From an uncultured Lachnospiraceae bacterium (GTDB taxonomy: Bacteria; Bacillota; Clostridia; Oscillospirales; CAG-272), in assembly GCA_964628455.1 (NCBI GenBank), contig CAZVPD010000002.1, positions 1 through 47,870 of the forward strand: DNA of 47,870 nt, given 5' to 3'. The translations under genes were made by a program, and so were the position numbers. Below, piece by piece: positions 19,215 to 28,088 of the stretch (the stretch's first letter is position 1; each line of letters starts with the position of its first letter). The notes under the pieces were generated by a model that was not told the DNA's origin, ran no database searches, and saw nothing but the letters and a program-made list of their open reading frames with translations.

Positions 19215-20435
19215 ATGGAACCTAAAAAGAAGCTGCTGATTATCGGCATTATAATGAACTGTGCCGGAACAGAGAAGTCTTTTCTCTCGTTTGCGAACTG
19301 TCTCGATTATTCGCGTTATGATGTCGACTTGCTGCTTGCCAGGAAAACAGGCGAATTATTCGGAAGCATACCGAAAGAAATAAACGTTATCGAACTGCCT
19401 GACCGGGAACACGCGGATATGTTTTTGTTATCGGGGAAAAATGCGGTCAGAACGATCTGGAACTGTTTTTGCAGAAAAAATCCATTCATTATTTTTATGA
19501 TTTTGCCTTATCTGGTCAGAATTGTTTTAAGTCCGCTGAAACGCGCCGATATTGCCACGGAATTATGGTGTTCTCTTCTGCAGCGATTTGATGTCCTTGA
19601 AAAGGAATATGATATAGCGGCTGCTTACTGGGGAGACAGGACTATGTTTTACATGGCAGATAAGGTCAGGGCGAAAAAGAAGGTCGCATGGCTGCATTTC
19701 GATTACGAAAATCCCCCCCGTAACGATGGGATTTATTTAGGATATTTTAGGAAATGTGACAGGGTCGTCACGGTATCCGAAAAAATCAAGGAAAATCTTG
19801 CCGCAAAATTTCCCGCTATTGCAGACCGTTTTATAACCATAGAAAATATAAACCGGCCCAAACATATATGGAATCTGGCTCTGCAGGGAGAAAGTTATCC
19901 CGACAGGTCTTTCACGGGTAAACGGTTGCTGACCATAGCACGCATCAGCGGACAAAAAGGAATAGACCTTGCAATCGAAGCTCTGAAATTTTTGTGTAAG
20001 GATGAACTGAATGTCAGATGGTATATTATCGGGGGGGGAGAAAAAGAGGAAGTTGACAATATAAAAGCAAAAGCGGTGCAGGAAGGCGTTGCCCATATGC
20101 TTATTCTGCTCGGAACCAAACAGAACCCGTATCCGTTTATAAGAGACTGTGACGTTTATGTCCAGCCGTCAAGATACGAAGGGAAACCGATAACAGTCGA
20201 AGAAGCCAAAATCATGTATAAACCTATTGTCGCAACGAATTATTTATCCGCTGCGGAACAGCTTGAATACGGTGAACTCGGTATCGTCACGGATATAAGC
20301 GGCAGTGCGTTGTATGGGGGTATCCGGCGAATGCTGGATGATATCGCTATCCGTGAAGGATTTACCTCCAGATTGTCGGGACGCGATTTCGGAAATTCCG
20401 ATGAGATCGAAAAATTCTACAGAATTACCGAATAA
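19215..20435 (+). CDS. GT4-family (GT-B, group 1) glycosyltransferase
   Basis: ORF 19191..20435. ATG 19215 is preferred (AAAGGA RBS). The C-terminal half has SRYEGKPITVEEAKIMYKPIV (E-x7-E block). Confidence 0.75.
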   Translation: MEPKKKLLIIGIIMNCAGTEKSFLSFANCLDYSRYDVDLLLARKTGELFGSIPKEINVIELPDREHADMFLLSGKNAVRTIWNCFCRKNPFIIFMILPYLVRIVLSPLKRADIATELWCSLLQRFDVLEKEYDIAAAYWGDRTMFYMADKVRAKKKVAWLHFDYENPPRNDGIYLGYFRKCDRVVTVSEKIKENLAAKFPAIADRFITIENINRPKHIWNLALQGESYPDRSFTGKRLLTIARISGQKGIDLAIEALKFLCKDELNVRWYIIGGGEKEEVDNIKAKAVQEGVAHMLILLGTKQNPYPFIRDCDVYVQPSRYEGKPITVEEAKIMYKPIVATNYLSAAEQLEYGELGIVTDISGSALYGGIRRMLDDIAIREGFTSRLSGRDFGNSDEIEKFYRITE

Positions 20436-20549
20436 ACATACCTGATCCCGCATAAAGAACGGTCGTTCATTCCGGACGGCAGTCTGCGTTCACTGCAATC
20501 TCATATTACCGTAACTGTTTAAACTTTTTATAAACAATTATCAAAACTC

Positions 20550-20578
20550 TTGCATAATATATAATTTTATGATAGAAT
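20550..20578 (+). promoter_or_regulatory. Sigma-A type promoter for rplS
   Basis: TTGCAT (20550-20555), a 17-nt spacer, then TAGAAT (20573-20578). Leaves a leader of about 105 nt. Confidence 0.6.
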
Positions 20579-20689
20579 ACTGTCGCTGTGCAGTATTTTT
20601 AACTTCCGGTTGGTATTTCACAGCATCAATAAGGACAGTCCTCTGCAATGCTCCGCACGAATGTCCACTATATAAGGAGGAAGCCGAAT

Positions 20690-21031
20690 ATGGATAAGAT
20701 ACAGGCTTTTACAAGCGAGCAGTTAAGACAGGACATGCCGGTTTTAAATATCGGAGACAGTGTCAAGGTTTACAACAAGATCAAGGAAGGCGCCAGAGAG
20801 AGAATTCAGATTTTCGAAGGAACGATTATCGCCCGCAGCGGAAGCGGACTTACCGAGACCTTTACCGTCCGTCATATTTCATACGGCATAGGTGTGGAAA
20901 AGATCTTTCCGGTGCATTCACCCAATGTTCAGAAAGTGGAAATTACCCGTCACGGTAAGATAAGGCGTGCAAAACTGTATTATTTGCGCGAAAAAGTGGG
21001 TAAAAAATCAAAAGTCAAGGAACTTATATAA
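20690..21031 (+). CDS. rplS: 50S ribosomal protein L19
   Basis: ORF 20648..21031. ATG 20690 is preferred, with AAGGAGG at 20674-20680. 113 aa; [30 protein letters not shown].. is classic L19. Confidence 0.95.
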   Translation: MDKIQAFTSEQLRQDMPVLNIGDSVKVYNKIKEGARERIQIFEGTIIARSGSGLTETFTVRHISYGIGVEKIFPVHSPNVQKVEITRHGKIRRAKLYYLREKVGKKSKVKELI

Positions 21032-21079
21032 ATTTCTGCAGAACGGTTTATAGGATCTTTGAGTTGGAAGTATGATCGG

Positions 21080-21140
21080 AAATTCACATAAATCCCATTT
21101 TGCAGTCGACAGATGACAAAGGGTTTATGTGAATTTTTAT
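21080..21140 (+). terminator. Candidate rho-independent terminator of rplS
   Basis: Arms aaattcacataaa(t)ccc (21080-21096) and gggtttatgtgaattt (21121-21136), i.e. 16 bp with one bulge and a 24-nt loop, followed by T-rich sequence. Confidence 0.55.
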
Positions 21141-21158
21141 AATAATATGCAAATTGAA

Positions 21159-21188
21159 TTTTTAATCCTGCCGGCAAGGGATTAAAAA
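21159..21188. repeat. Inverted repeat upstream of the first AlgX-like gene
   Basis: tttttaatcc (21159-21168) / ggattaaaaa (21179-21188), with extra inner pairing cctg/cagg. Confidence 0.6.
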
Positions 21189-21259
21189 TATTATAGATCC
21201 GTATTTGGTATCCCTGTTAAAATTCCACATATTTCATTGCCGGAGAAACGGTCCTTTTC

Positions 21260-23461
21260 ATGAAAATCAGTACGATGATAAAATCCGGGGCAGTCATACT
21301 GCTCGTATCTTTTGTTTTGTTCTCGGCATATTCCTGCGAGTCGGAACCGGATACTGCCGGAACCGGGATTATAATCGGTGAAGACGGCTGGCTTTTTGAA
21401 GAGGAGGACGGCAAGTTCAGCGAACTCGGTGATTATACCGGAAAGACTTTATTTACGGAACAGGAACTGGAACAGATTCTTAAAACGGTTAAGGCCAAAC
21501 GTACTTTTTTCGCAAAAACGAATACCGATCTTATCATAGTGATCATTCCCGATAAAATGAATGTATACAGCGACCGGTTGCCTGCGGAGATCCGGGCGCA
21601 GCGCTCAGCCGATACCCGTATCAAGCAGGTATACGATTATATCAAAAAAAATACGCGGATAACAATGGTCGATTTAAGCGAACTTTTTTCGATGAATTAT
21701 ACGGCTTTTGACCTGTATGAGCGTACCGATTCCATGCTTTCCGATATGGGGGCTTATCTTGCATATACCGAAATAGTAAAAGCCGTCAATTCTTTGAATA
21801 TTGCCGAATTGAATCTTGCCGGACTTGATTCGTTTCTTGTGGATATAGCAGATGATCAGGGATTGGAATTTGCCGAACGTATAGACGCGCAGTCACGCTA
21901 TAAAAACAAAACGATATCTCTGACCTATAAAAACGAGCTGCCTTATATCGTTGAAGAAGCCGGCAAATATGATATCGAAAACCTGAGTGTTACGGTCATA
22001 GACGAAGACAAACGCGACCCCGCATTCAGATATACGAATTTGATGATTTACGGCACGGAAAATTTAAAAAAAATCGGGAATTTCACTTCCCTTACATTTA
22101 AAAGCGCAGGATACACCGAAGGATTCATCACGGATGCGGAGGCAACGACTGCATTGAAACCCAATCAGGCTGTTTTTTTGATCGGCGAAAAGGAATTAAA
22201 TGAACTGCTTGAAAACAAATCGGTCAACGAGGAGTTGCTGGCAAGTTCGGAGACAAATACACCTCCCCCTTCACAAGGACAGGAGAACGATCCCGATCCG
22301 GTACCTACTTCGCTCGAACTCATCCCGCCCGATGAAAACACATGCGCCGCTCCCATTGTAACCGGGAAAACGTTTGCGGACCCGGCGCGTCTTGTTGTCG
22401 CAGGTGTCACCGAAGCGGGTACGACGATTCATGCCTCCGGGGGCAGGGAAGAGCTCGAATATTACGCTTACGACGGAATATTTTTACTCGATATCGAATG
22501 CAGTCCCGAGGTTAAAAAGATCGAACTTTACGCTTATGCCGAAAATAAAAACAACAGCGAAATCACAACCGTTACCGTCACAGGTTCTATGAACAGAGAT
22601 GATAAGGGGGTGTGTATCGGGAAAGACGGTCATCTTCATATAAGCGCAACCATGTATGATTTTCTCGGTTCGAATTTATATCCTGCAGGAACTCTGTCGG
22701 CAAAGCGAAGAAATCTTGAAAAACAACTGTCGGAAATCAGGAAAGTTTCGCCGAATTCCAAACTGATCGTTATGATTGCGCCGAATCATTCGACCATCTA
22801 TCCCGAAACGATGCCGGACTGGCTTCAGGAACAAAGGCAGGAAAATGCGGATTCAAAACTCGGACAAATGTATAAGGAAATGCAGGGATCCGAGGTGATT
22901 TTCCCTAATCTGACAGAACTGCTTCTAAGTAAAAAAACCGACGATACGCTGCTGTATCAGAAAACCGATACGCACTGGAACGAACTGGGGGCGTATTATG
23001 CGTATGAGTATATCATGAATGAATATATAGCGCCCGATTTCCCTGCGGCTGCGGCGATCCCGCTCTCCGAATTCGAAGTTTTTACCAAATCTGTTCCCGG
23101 GGGAGATATGCTGAATTTTTTGGGTTTCAATCTCGATCTTGCACGGGAAATAGCCGTTTATGTGCGGCCTAAAACTTTTACATCGGTTACGGGCTATGAC
23201 AAACCTTTCAGAATGAATTTCGAGAACAACTGGACCAGCGAAACTCATGCGTTTAAAAAAGAAGATCCGGAACTGCCTTCTATGTTTATGACGCGCGATT
23301 CGTTCAGTACGAATCTGATCATGTTTTTTGCCGAAAACTTCAGGGAATCCTATTTTAACGGCATGTGGAGTTATAATATTGACATGGATTATATACGTCA
23401 GAACAAACCGGATTATGTGATCATTGAAGCTGTTGAAAGAAATATAGACGCAATAGGATGA
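21260..23461 (+). CDS. Exported double AlgX/AlgJ-type SGNH-like domain protein (N-terminal copy degenerate), paralog 1
   Basis: 733 aa with an N-terminal signal peptide (..LFSAYSC). N-terminal domain: IGEDGWLF, IIPDKMNVY, TDSML..GAYLAY. Then a PPPSQGQENDPDP linker and an Ig-like segment. C-terminal domain: IGKDGHL, IAPNHSTIYPE, QKTDTHWNELGAYYAY, RDSFS. Confidence 0.7.
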   Translation: MKISTMIKSGAVILLVSFVLFSAYSCESEPDTAGTGIIIGEDGWLFEEEDGKFSELGDYTGKTLFTEQELEQILKTVKAKRTFFAKTNTDLIIVIIPDKMNVYSDRLPAEIRAQRSADTRIKQVYDYIKKNTRITMVDLSELFSMNYTAFDLYERTDSMLSDMGAYLAYTEIVKAVNSLNIAELNLAGLDSFLVDIADDQGLEFAERIDAQSRYKNKTISLTYKNELPYIVEEAGKYDIENLSVTVIDEDKRDPAFRYTNLMIYGTENLKKIGNFTSLTFKSAGYTEGFITDAEATTALKPNQAVFLIGEKELNELLENKSVNEELLASSETNTPPPSQGQENDPDPVPTSLELIPPDENTCAAPIVTGKTFADPARLVVAGVTEAGTTIHASGGREELEYYAYDGIFLLDIECSPEVKKIELYAYAENKNNSEITTVTVTGSMNRDDKGVCIGKDGHLHISATMYDFLGSNLYPAGTLSAKRRNLEKQLSEIRKVSPNSKLIVMIAPNHSTIYPETMPDWLQEQRQENADSKLGQMYKEMQGSEVIFPNLTELLLSKKTDDTLLYQKTDTHWNELGAYYAYEYIMNEYIAPDFPAAAAIPLSEFEVFTKSVPGGDMLNFLGFNLDLAREIAVYVRPKTFTSVTGYDKPFRMNFENNWTSETHAFKKEDPELPSMFMTRDSFSTNLIMFFAENFRESYFNGMWSYNIDMDYIRQNKPDYVIIEAVERNIDAIG

Positions 23462-23498
23462 AAAACAAGCGGAGATCCGTTGTTATCTCATCCGTATC

Positions 23499-25625
23499 AT
23501 GCGAATGCGGGGTGTTGGTTTGAAATATAGGAATTTACGGCGGTTTTTGATGTTGATTATTTTACTTTTAACCGCTGCCGCAGCTTCATGCGGTAAAAAC
23601 GTTTCAAACGGAGTCATATTCGGCAGAAATAATTTTCTCTTCAACACAAATGCCGGCGGTTATGATTATATTGCCGATTTCAACGGTGAAATTCCCTATA
23701 CGGATGATGAGCTTCAGCTGATTTACAATGCGCTGAACAAACGGCAGCTTGCTTACGGCAACAGCGGGATCGCATATATGGTTGCCGTTATTCCGAATTC
23801 GCAGACCGTCTATCCGGAATATATGCCGTCAGAATACGGAGAATTAAGCGGAAGCACGAGACTGAAACAGGTCGCCGCATACGTTGAGCAGATGGGCGGT
23901 ATAAACATGCTCGATCTGACGCAGGTGCTGACGGAATCGAAAAACAAAGGCCAGCTGTATCATAATACCGAAAATTCGCTGAATGCCCTGGGCGCATATT
24001 ACGCGTATGCCGCTGTATACGAGCGGCTTCCGGAAAAAATGCGCACAAAGAATGTGTTGAATTCGGAACTTGTAAAGAAAGTCTCGAAAGAAAAAACAAA
24101 GGGATTGTCTCTTGCCGTCCTGTCCGGAGCCGACATTGAAAACAACACCTATTTTCTGAATATCGGCGATGAGGAAACAGTGTATTCGGTACTCGGCAGC
24201 ACAGAAATTCTGGTGTCGACTTACGTAAAAATCGGCTTCAAGGACAGGATCCCCACGGTGCCCGCAATTCTCCTGGATTTGGCCGATCAGTCCGACCTCG
24301 ATGTTTTTATGCCTTATTTTTCCAGCACTTACGGCAGCGTCGGATATAAGCTGAATTACAATTACAGCCCGGGGGCTGTAAATTCCGTGGCACCCAAAAC
24401 CGCAGTTCAGATTCTGCATGAGGATATGCTTTCCTCGCTCCTTGATGATGAAGTCAATCAGACGTATAACGCTGCCTTGAAGCCCGGAGACGACCCGACG
24501 ACTGCGATGACTCCCGTTCTGCTTTCAAAGGTAATGACCGACAGGAAAACAGCCTGTCTTATCGGAACGGTTGAAGCCGGTTCTGTGATAACGGTTTCCG
24601 GTCCGGGTTTGGAAACTTTCACGGCGTATCCGCAGCACGAACGCTTCTTTATTCCCGTTCCCCTCGATAAGGGCGAAAGCATTACGGTTTCTCTTATTGC
24701 TTCCGTTGAAGGCAAAAACAGCAGTTCCGCGCTTGAAGTACCCGTGGCATATTCCGAAGGTGCGGGAGGACTGACTGTTTTTGCGGGAAAATATTCGCAG
24801 CTGCATTATCCGGATACACTGGCCGATTATTACTGCACAAACCTGTTTACCGACAACCAGATGGTAAAAATGGAAAGCAGACTTTTGAAAAAACTCGCAA
24901 AAATACGCAAGGCGAGCGGCAGGGAAACGAAACTTTTATTTCTGATTCCGCCCGATGCCATCACGGCGTATCCGGAAACAGCAACGGATGAAATGACAGA
25001 AAAGAAAAAAAGCGACTACTCCCGCCTTAAGCAAATAGAGGATTATTATGCGGACAGCAAAGACATCATCATCGTCAACCTGACCGAAACGATGCTTCAG
25101 AATAAAGACAAAGGCAAATTGTATTACCAGACGGATACGCACTGGAATACTCTGGGGTCCTATTTGGGCTATTATAAAATGATGCAGGTTATCTCACGGG
25201 AATTTCCCGCGGCTGCGCCGCGTGAGATATCCGAATATAATATTTATCAGCAGTATGACGCCGGCGGTGACCTTGCGAATTTTCTCGGTGTCGATACCGG
25301 TCTGGTAAGCGAATATAAAACTTTCTGCACACCCTCTTTTACGAACCGGGCTGTCATCACCAACTATTTCAGCGGATCGCCGGATTATGTTTACAGCGAT
25401 CAGATAAAATGTGTCGTCGATAACAAAGAACTTCCCAATGCCATTATGATATGTGATTCATTCGGAGCCAATCTGCTTGATTTTGTAACGGACGCTTTCG
25501 GTATACTGGTTCGCCAGACTATGTGGGAGTATAAAACCGATACGGAACTGATCGCGGAAGTTCAGCCGGACTATTATATACAGGTTATGGTTGAGCGCAA
25601 TATGGCGAGTTTTGTAGTCGGATAA
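23499..25625 (+). CDS. Exported (lipobox) double AlgX/AlgJ-type SGNH-like domain protein, paralog 2
   Basis: 708 aa with signal peptide and lipobox LTAAAASC. Alternative starts are ATG 23505 and TTG 23520. N-terminal domain: VIPNSQTVYPE, NTENSLNALGAYYAY. C-terminal domain: LIPPDAITAYPE, YQTDTHWNTLGSYLGY, CDSFG. Confidence 0.7.
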   Translation: MRMRGVGLKYRNLRRFLMLIILLLTAAAASCGKNVSNGVIFGRNNFLFNTNAGGYDYIADFNGEIPYTDDELQLIYNALNKRQLAYGNSGIAYMVAVIPNSQTVYPEYMPSEYGELSGSTRLKQVAAYVEQMGGINMLDLTQVLTESKNKGQLYHNTENSLNALGAYYAYAAVYERLPEKMRTKNVLNSELVKKVSKEKTKGLSLAVLSGADIENNTYFLNIGDEETVYSVLGSTEILVSTYVKIGFKDRIPTVPAILLDLADQSDLDVFMPYFSSTYGSVGYKLNYNYSPGAVNSVAPKTAVQILHEDMLSSLLDDEVNQTYNAALKPGDDPTTAMTPVLLSKVMTDRKTACLIGTVEAGSVITVSGPGLETFTAYPQHERFFIPVPLDKGESITVSLIASVEGKNSSSALEVPVAYSEGAGGLTVFAGKYSQLHYPDTLADYYCTNLFTDNQMVKMESRLLKKLAKIRKASGRETKLLFLIPPDAITAYPETATDEMTEKKKSDYSRLKQIEDYYADSKDIIIVNLTETMLQNKDKGKLYYQTDTHWNTLGSYLGYYKMMQVISREFPAAAPREISEYNIYQQYDAGGDLANFLGVDTGLVSEYKTFCTPSFTNRAVITNYFSGSPDYVYSDQIKCVVDNKELPNAIMICDSFGANLLDFVTDAFGILVRQTMWEYKTDTELIAEVQPDYYIQVMVERNMASFVVG

Positions 25626-25656
25626 ACGCTGCGGATCAAACATGATAAGATCAAAC

Positions 25657-25703
25657 GGCAAAACAGTCGGGCTTCAAACGGCCTGACTGTTTTGCCGTTT
25701 ATA
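25657..25703. terminator. Bidirectional terminator between convergent AlgX-like and esterase genes
   Basis: Perfect 12-bp stem ggcaaaacagtc (25657-25668) / gactgttttgcc (25685-25696), with T-rich flanks on both strands. Confidence 0.6.
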
Positions 25704-25749
25704 ATTTATTTTTACCCGGATGACCGCGACCTGAAAATGCCGTTATCTT

Positions 25750-26409
25750 TTATTTGGTTTTCTGTGCTGCCAGCCATTCGATCAGGTCTGTTGATTCATA
25801 TGCCTGAGTCCATGAGTCGTGTCCCGTGTTTTTAAAAACAGTAAAGGAGGGATTCCCCCCGGTTTCTTTAATAGCCCCGATCATTTCATGCATGCAGGCG
25901 ACAGGCACGACAGAATCGATATCGCCGTGAAAAGCGCGTATCGGAATGTCGCGTAAAACGGAAGCGCGCCACGACTGACCCCCTCCGCAAACCGGAGCCA
26001 GAGCAGAGAAATATCCCGGAAAGGTAAGACCCATTTCCCATGTTCCGAATCCTCCCATGCTTAATCCCGTCAGGCTTATTCTGCTTCGGTCGGCATTGTA
26101 TTCGGACACTATATGTTCGATAAGTTCCATCAGTTCAAAAGCAAGATGGTTCCAGACTTTGTCCGGAGGGCACTGGGGGGACAGAGTGATAACCCGAAGA
26201 TGATGGTAATTTTCGTCATTTGCGAATAATTTCGGAATGCCGTGGATCTTTACCTGTTCGATATCATATCCGCGTTCACCCGCACCGTGCAGAAAAACAA
26301 TCAGCGGGAGCGATTCTTTTTCGGGATCAAAATCACCGGGTGCCGTTAAAAAATACGGTAAAACCGTTGATTTTTCTTTAAACGGAATATATTGCGCTTG
26401 TTTTTTCAT
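25750..26409 (-). CDS. Alpha/beta-hydrolase esterase (phospholipase/carboxylesterase or CE1-like)
   Basis: 219 aa. LIVFLHGAGERG oxyanion region, nucleophile elbow GLSMGG, and a late HGDIDSVV / GHDSW Asp/His region. Confidence 0.7.
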   Translation of the reverse strand: MKKQAQYIPFKEKSTVLPYFLTAPGDFDPEKESLPLIVFLHGAGERGYDIEQVKIHGIPKLFANDENYHHLRVITLSPQCPPDKVWNHLAFELMELIEHIVSEYNADRSRISLTGLSMGGFGTWEMGLTFPGYFSALAPVCGGGQSWRASVLRDIPIRAFHGDIDSVVPVACMHEMIGAIKETGGNPSFTVFKNTGHDSWTQAYESTDLIEWLAAQKTK

Positions 26410-26506
26410 AATTCAGTAACACTTCCTCTGCAGAGAACAGACGGCGTGCGGTGAACCGGATCGGGACGGAGTCATCACATCGTCCGCTTTTTTTATTCTT
26501 TATAGT

Positions 26507-26535
26507 ATTCTACTTTAAAATAAACCGGATGTCAA
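26507..26535 (-). promoter_or_regulatory. Sigma-A type promoter for the esterase gene
   Basis: Minus strand reads TTGACA (rc of 26530-26535), a 17-nt spacer, then TAGAAT (rc of 26507-26512). Confidence 0.55.
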
Positions 26536-26569
26536 TCAATCATGAAGATTTTTAAATTCATGATTGATT
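26534..26569. repeat. Perfect 13-bp inverted repeat (10-nt spacer) spanning both divergent -35 boxes; candidate operator
   Basis: aatcaatcatgaa (26534-26546) / ttcatgattgatt (26557-26569), followed by a T9 run. Confidence 0.8.
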
Positions 26570-26591
26570 TTTTTTTTATTTCCGTTATAAT
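26564..26591 (+). promoter_or_regulatory. Sigma-A type promoter for the solute-binding protein gene
   Basis: TTGATT (26564-26569), a 16-nt spacer, then TATAAT (26586-26591). The AGAGG RBS follows at about 26609. Confidence 0.5.
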
Positions 26592-26620
26592 GATATTAAA
26601 TAAAACTAAAGAGGTGCGCC

Positions 26621-28075
26621 ATGTTAAACAAACGTATTGTCCCGCTGATGCTTGCATTTATTATGATGATGTCATTTGCCGTGTCATGTGCCGATGAGAA
26701 GACGGAATCGCCGGTTTCAGCACCGGAAACATCATCAGCACCGGCTGAGGTAACCGAACTTGAGCCCGACCTGCCCGATATCGATCTTGATGCGGAAACA
26801 GTCAATTTTTTAACCGAAGAAAATCCGGGTTACGACTGGTATACCAGCAAGGAAATTTATGCCGAGACACAAAACGGCGAGTTGTTTAACGATGCCGTAT
26901 ATACGCGGAATTTATTGATCGAAGAGCGCTTTAATGTTAAAATCACTCAGTCACGGCTGCAGAATGCGACGGCGGCGGCCAGAAAATCTTTGCTGGCCGG
27001 AGAAACAGAATATGATGTGACTATGCCATACATGAATGTCGCAATATCGCTGCCGCAGGAGGGGCTGCTGCTTGATTTGAATAAAGTTCCGTATCTGACG
27101 CTGGAAAATCCATGGTGGGATCAGCGGGCCAACGAAAACCTGAAGATGAACGGAAAACTTTTCTTCACGACAGGGGACATCAGCATACTCGACAACGAAT
27201 GCACCATGGTCATGTTCTTCAATAAAAAACTGATAGGCGACTACAGCCTCGATAATCCGTATGAACTTGTAAAAAGCAGCAAATGGACGCTTGATAAATT
27301 ATTCGAAATGTCTGCCGGCGTGACAAATGACATAGACGGCGACGGAAAACTCACCCAGAAAGATCTTTGGGGATTATCGTGCGCTTCAAACGCTCCTCAT
27401 TCATTCTTCTTCGCTTCGGGTGAACGTATAGCATCCAACAACAGCGAAGGACAGCTCGAACTTGTTATGAATACGACCCGAGCCGCAACGGTCATCGATA
27501 AGATCATGTCGGTATGCCTCGATCCCTCCGTTTTATCCGATCATACCGGAGGTTCGGGTTTCGATCAGGTCTGCATCATGTTTAACGACAGCCGTGTTTT
27601 GTTTGTGACTTTTGCCCTTGTTGATATCAACGGATTGCGCGATGCCGAGTTTGAATTCGGAATACTTCCTTATCCTCTTTATGACGAAAGTCAGCCGGAA
27701 TACAACTGTCTTATCAGTTCGGGAATCGTACCCGCACTCTCTGTTCCTTATAACTGCACCAAACTCGATGCCGTAGGGATTGTTCTCGAGTCAATGGCCT
27801 ATTATTCGGTCGACACTCTGACTGCAGCTTATTATGACAATGCGCTGAAAACACGCTATATACGCGATGAAGAGTCCGGAGAGATGCTTGACATCATCTT
27901 TGCCACTCGTGTTTATGACCTTGGATTCATCTTTGACTGGGGCGGAGCAGGAAATTTGATCTATAATATGTATATGAAGAAAAACAACAATTTCGCCTCG
28001 GCATTTGCCGGAATACAGGAAAAAGCAGAAGCTGCGATGAATAAAACAATCGAAGCATTCAATTCGATCAGCTGA
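26621..28075 (+). CDS. ABC transporter extracellular solute-binding lipoprotein (carbohydrate type)
   Basis: 484 aa. Lipobox signal peptide MSFAVSC followed by a Ser/Pro/Glu-rich tether. Size and composition fit the large sugar-binding SBP family. No permease or ATPase gene is adjacent. Confidence 0.65.
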   Translation: MLNKRIVPLMLAFIMMMSFAVSCADEKTESPVSAPETSSAPAEVTELEPDLPDIDLDAETVNFLTEENPGYDWYTSKEIYAETQNGELFNDAVYTRNLLIEERFNVKITQSRLQNATAAARKSLLAGETEYDVTMPYMNVAISLPQEGLLLDLNKVPYLTLENPWWDQRANENLKMNGKLFFTTGDISILDNECTMVMFFNKKLIGDYSLDNPYELVKSSKWTLDKLFEMSAGVTNDIDGDGKLTQKDLWGLSCASNAPHSFFFASGERIASNNSEGQLELVMNTTRAATVIDKIMSVCLDPSVLSDHTGGSGFDQVCIMFNDSRVLFVTFALVDINGLRDAEFEFGILPYPLYDESQPEYNCLISSGIVPALSVPYNCTKLDAVGIVLESMAYYSVDTLTAAYYDNALKTRYIRDEESGEMLDIIFATRVYDLGFIFDWGGAGNLIYNMYMKKNNNFASAFAGIQEKAEAAMNKTIEAFNSIS

Positions 28076-28088
28076 AAGGTGCATTTAT

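Noticed and set aside
21159-21188. Second hairpin after rplS as a terminator
   Set aside because: The A/T runs are part of the stem arms themselves and no U-tract remains after the hairpin on either strand. Kept only as an inverted repeat.
19099-25703. GT4 / AlgX-like region as a mobile genomic island
   Set aside because: No integrase, transposase, tRNA attachment site or flanking direct repeats are visible. Single-line base counts did not show a convincing compositional break. Only the synteny disruption is reported.
26463-26497. Hairpin (GGACG/CGTCC) plus T7 on the plus strand upstream of the SBP gene as a terminator
   Set aside because: No plus-strand gene lies upstream. The element falls inside the predicted 5' UTR of the minus-strand esterase transcript, where it reads as an A-run followed by the hairpin.
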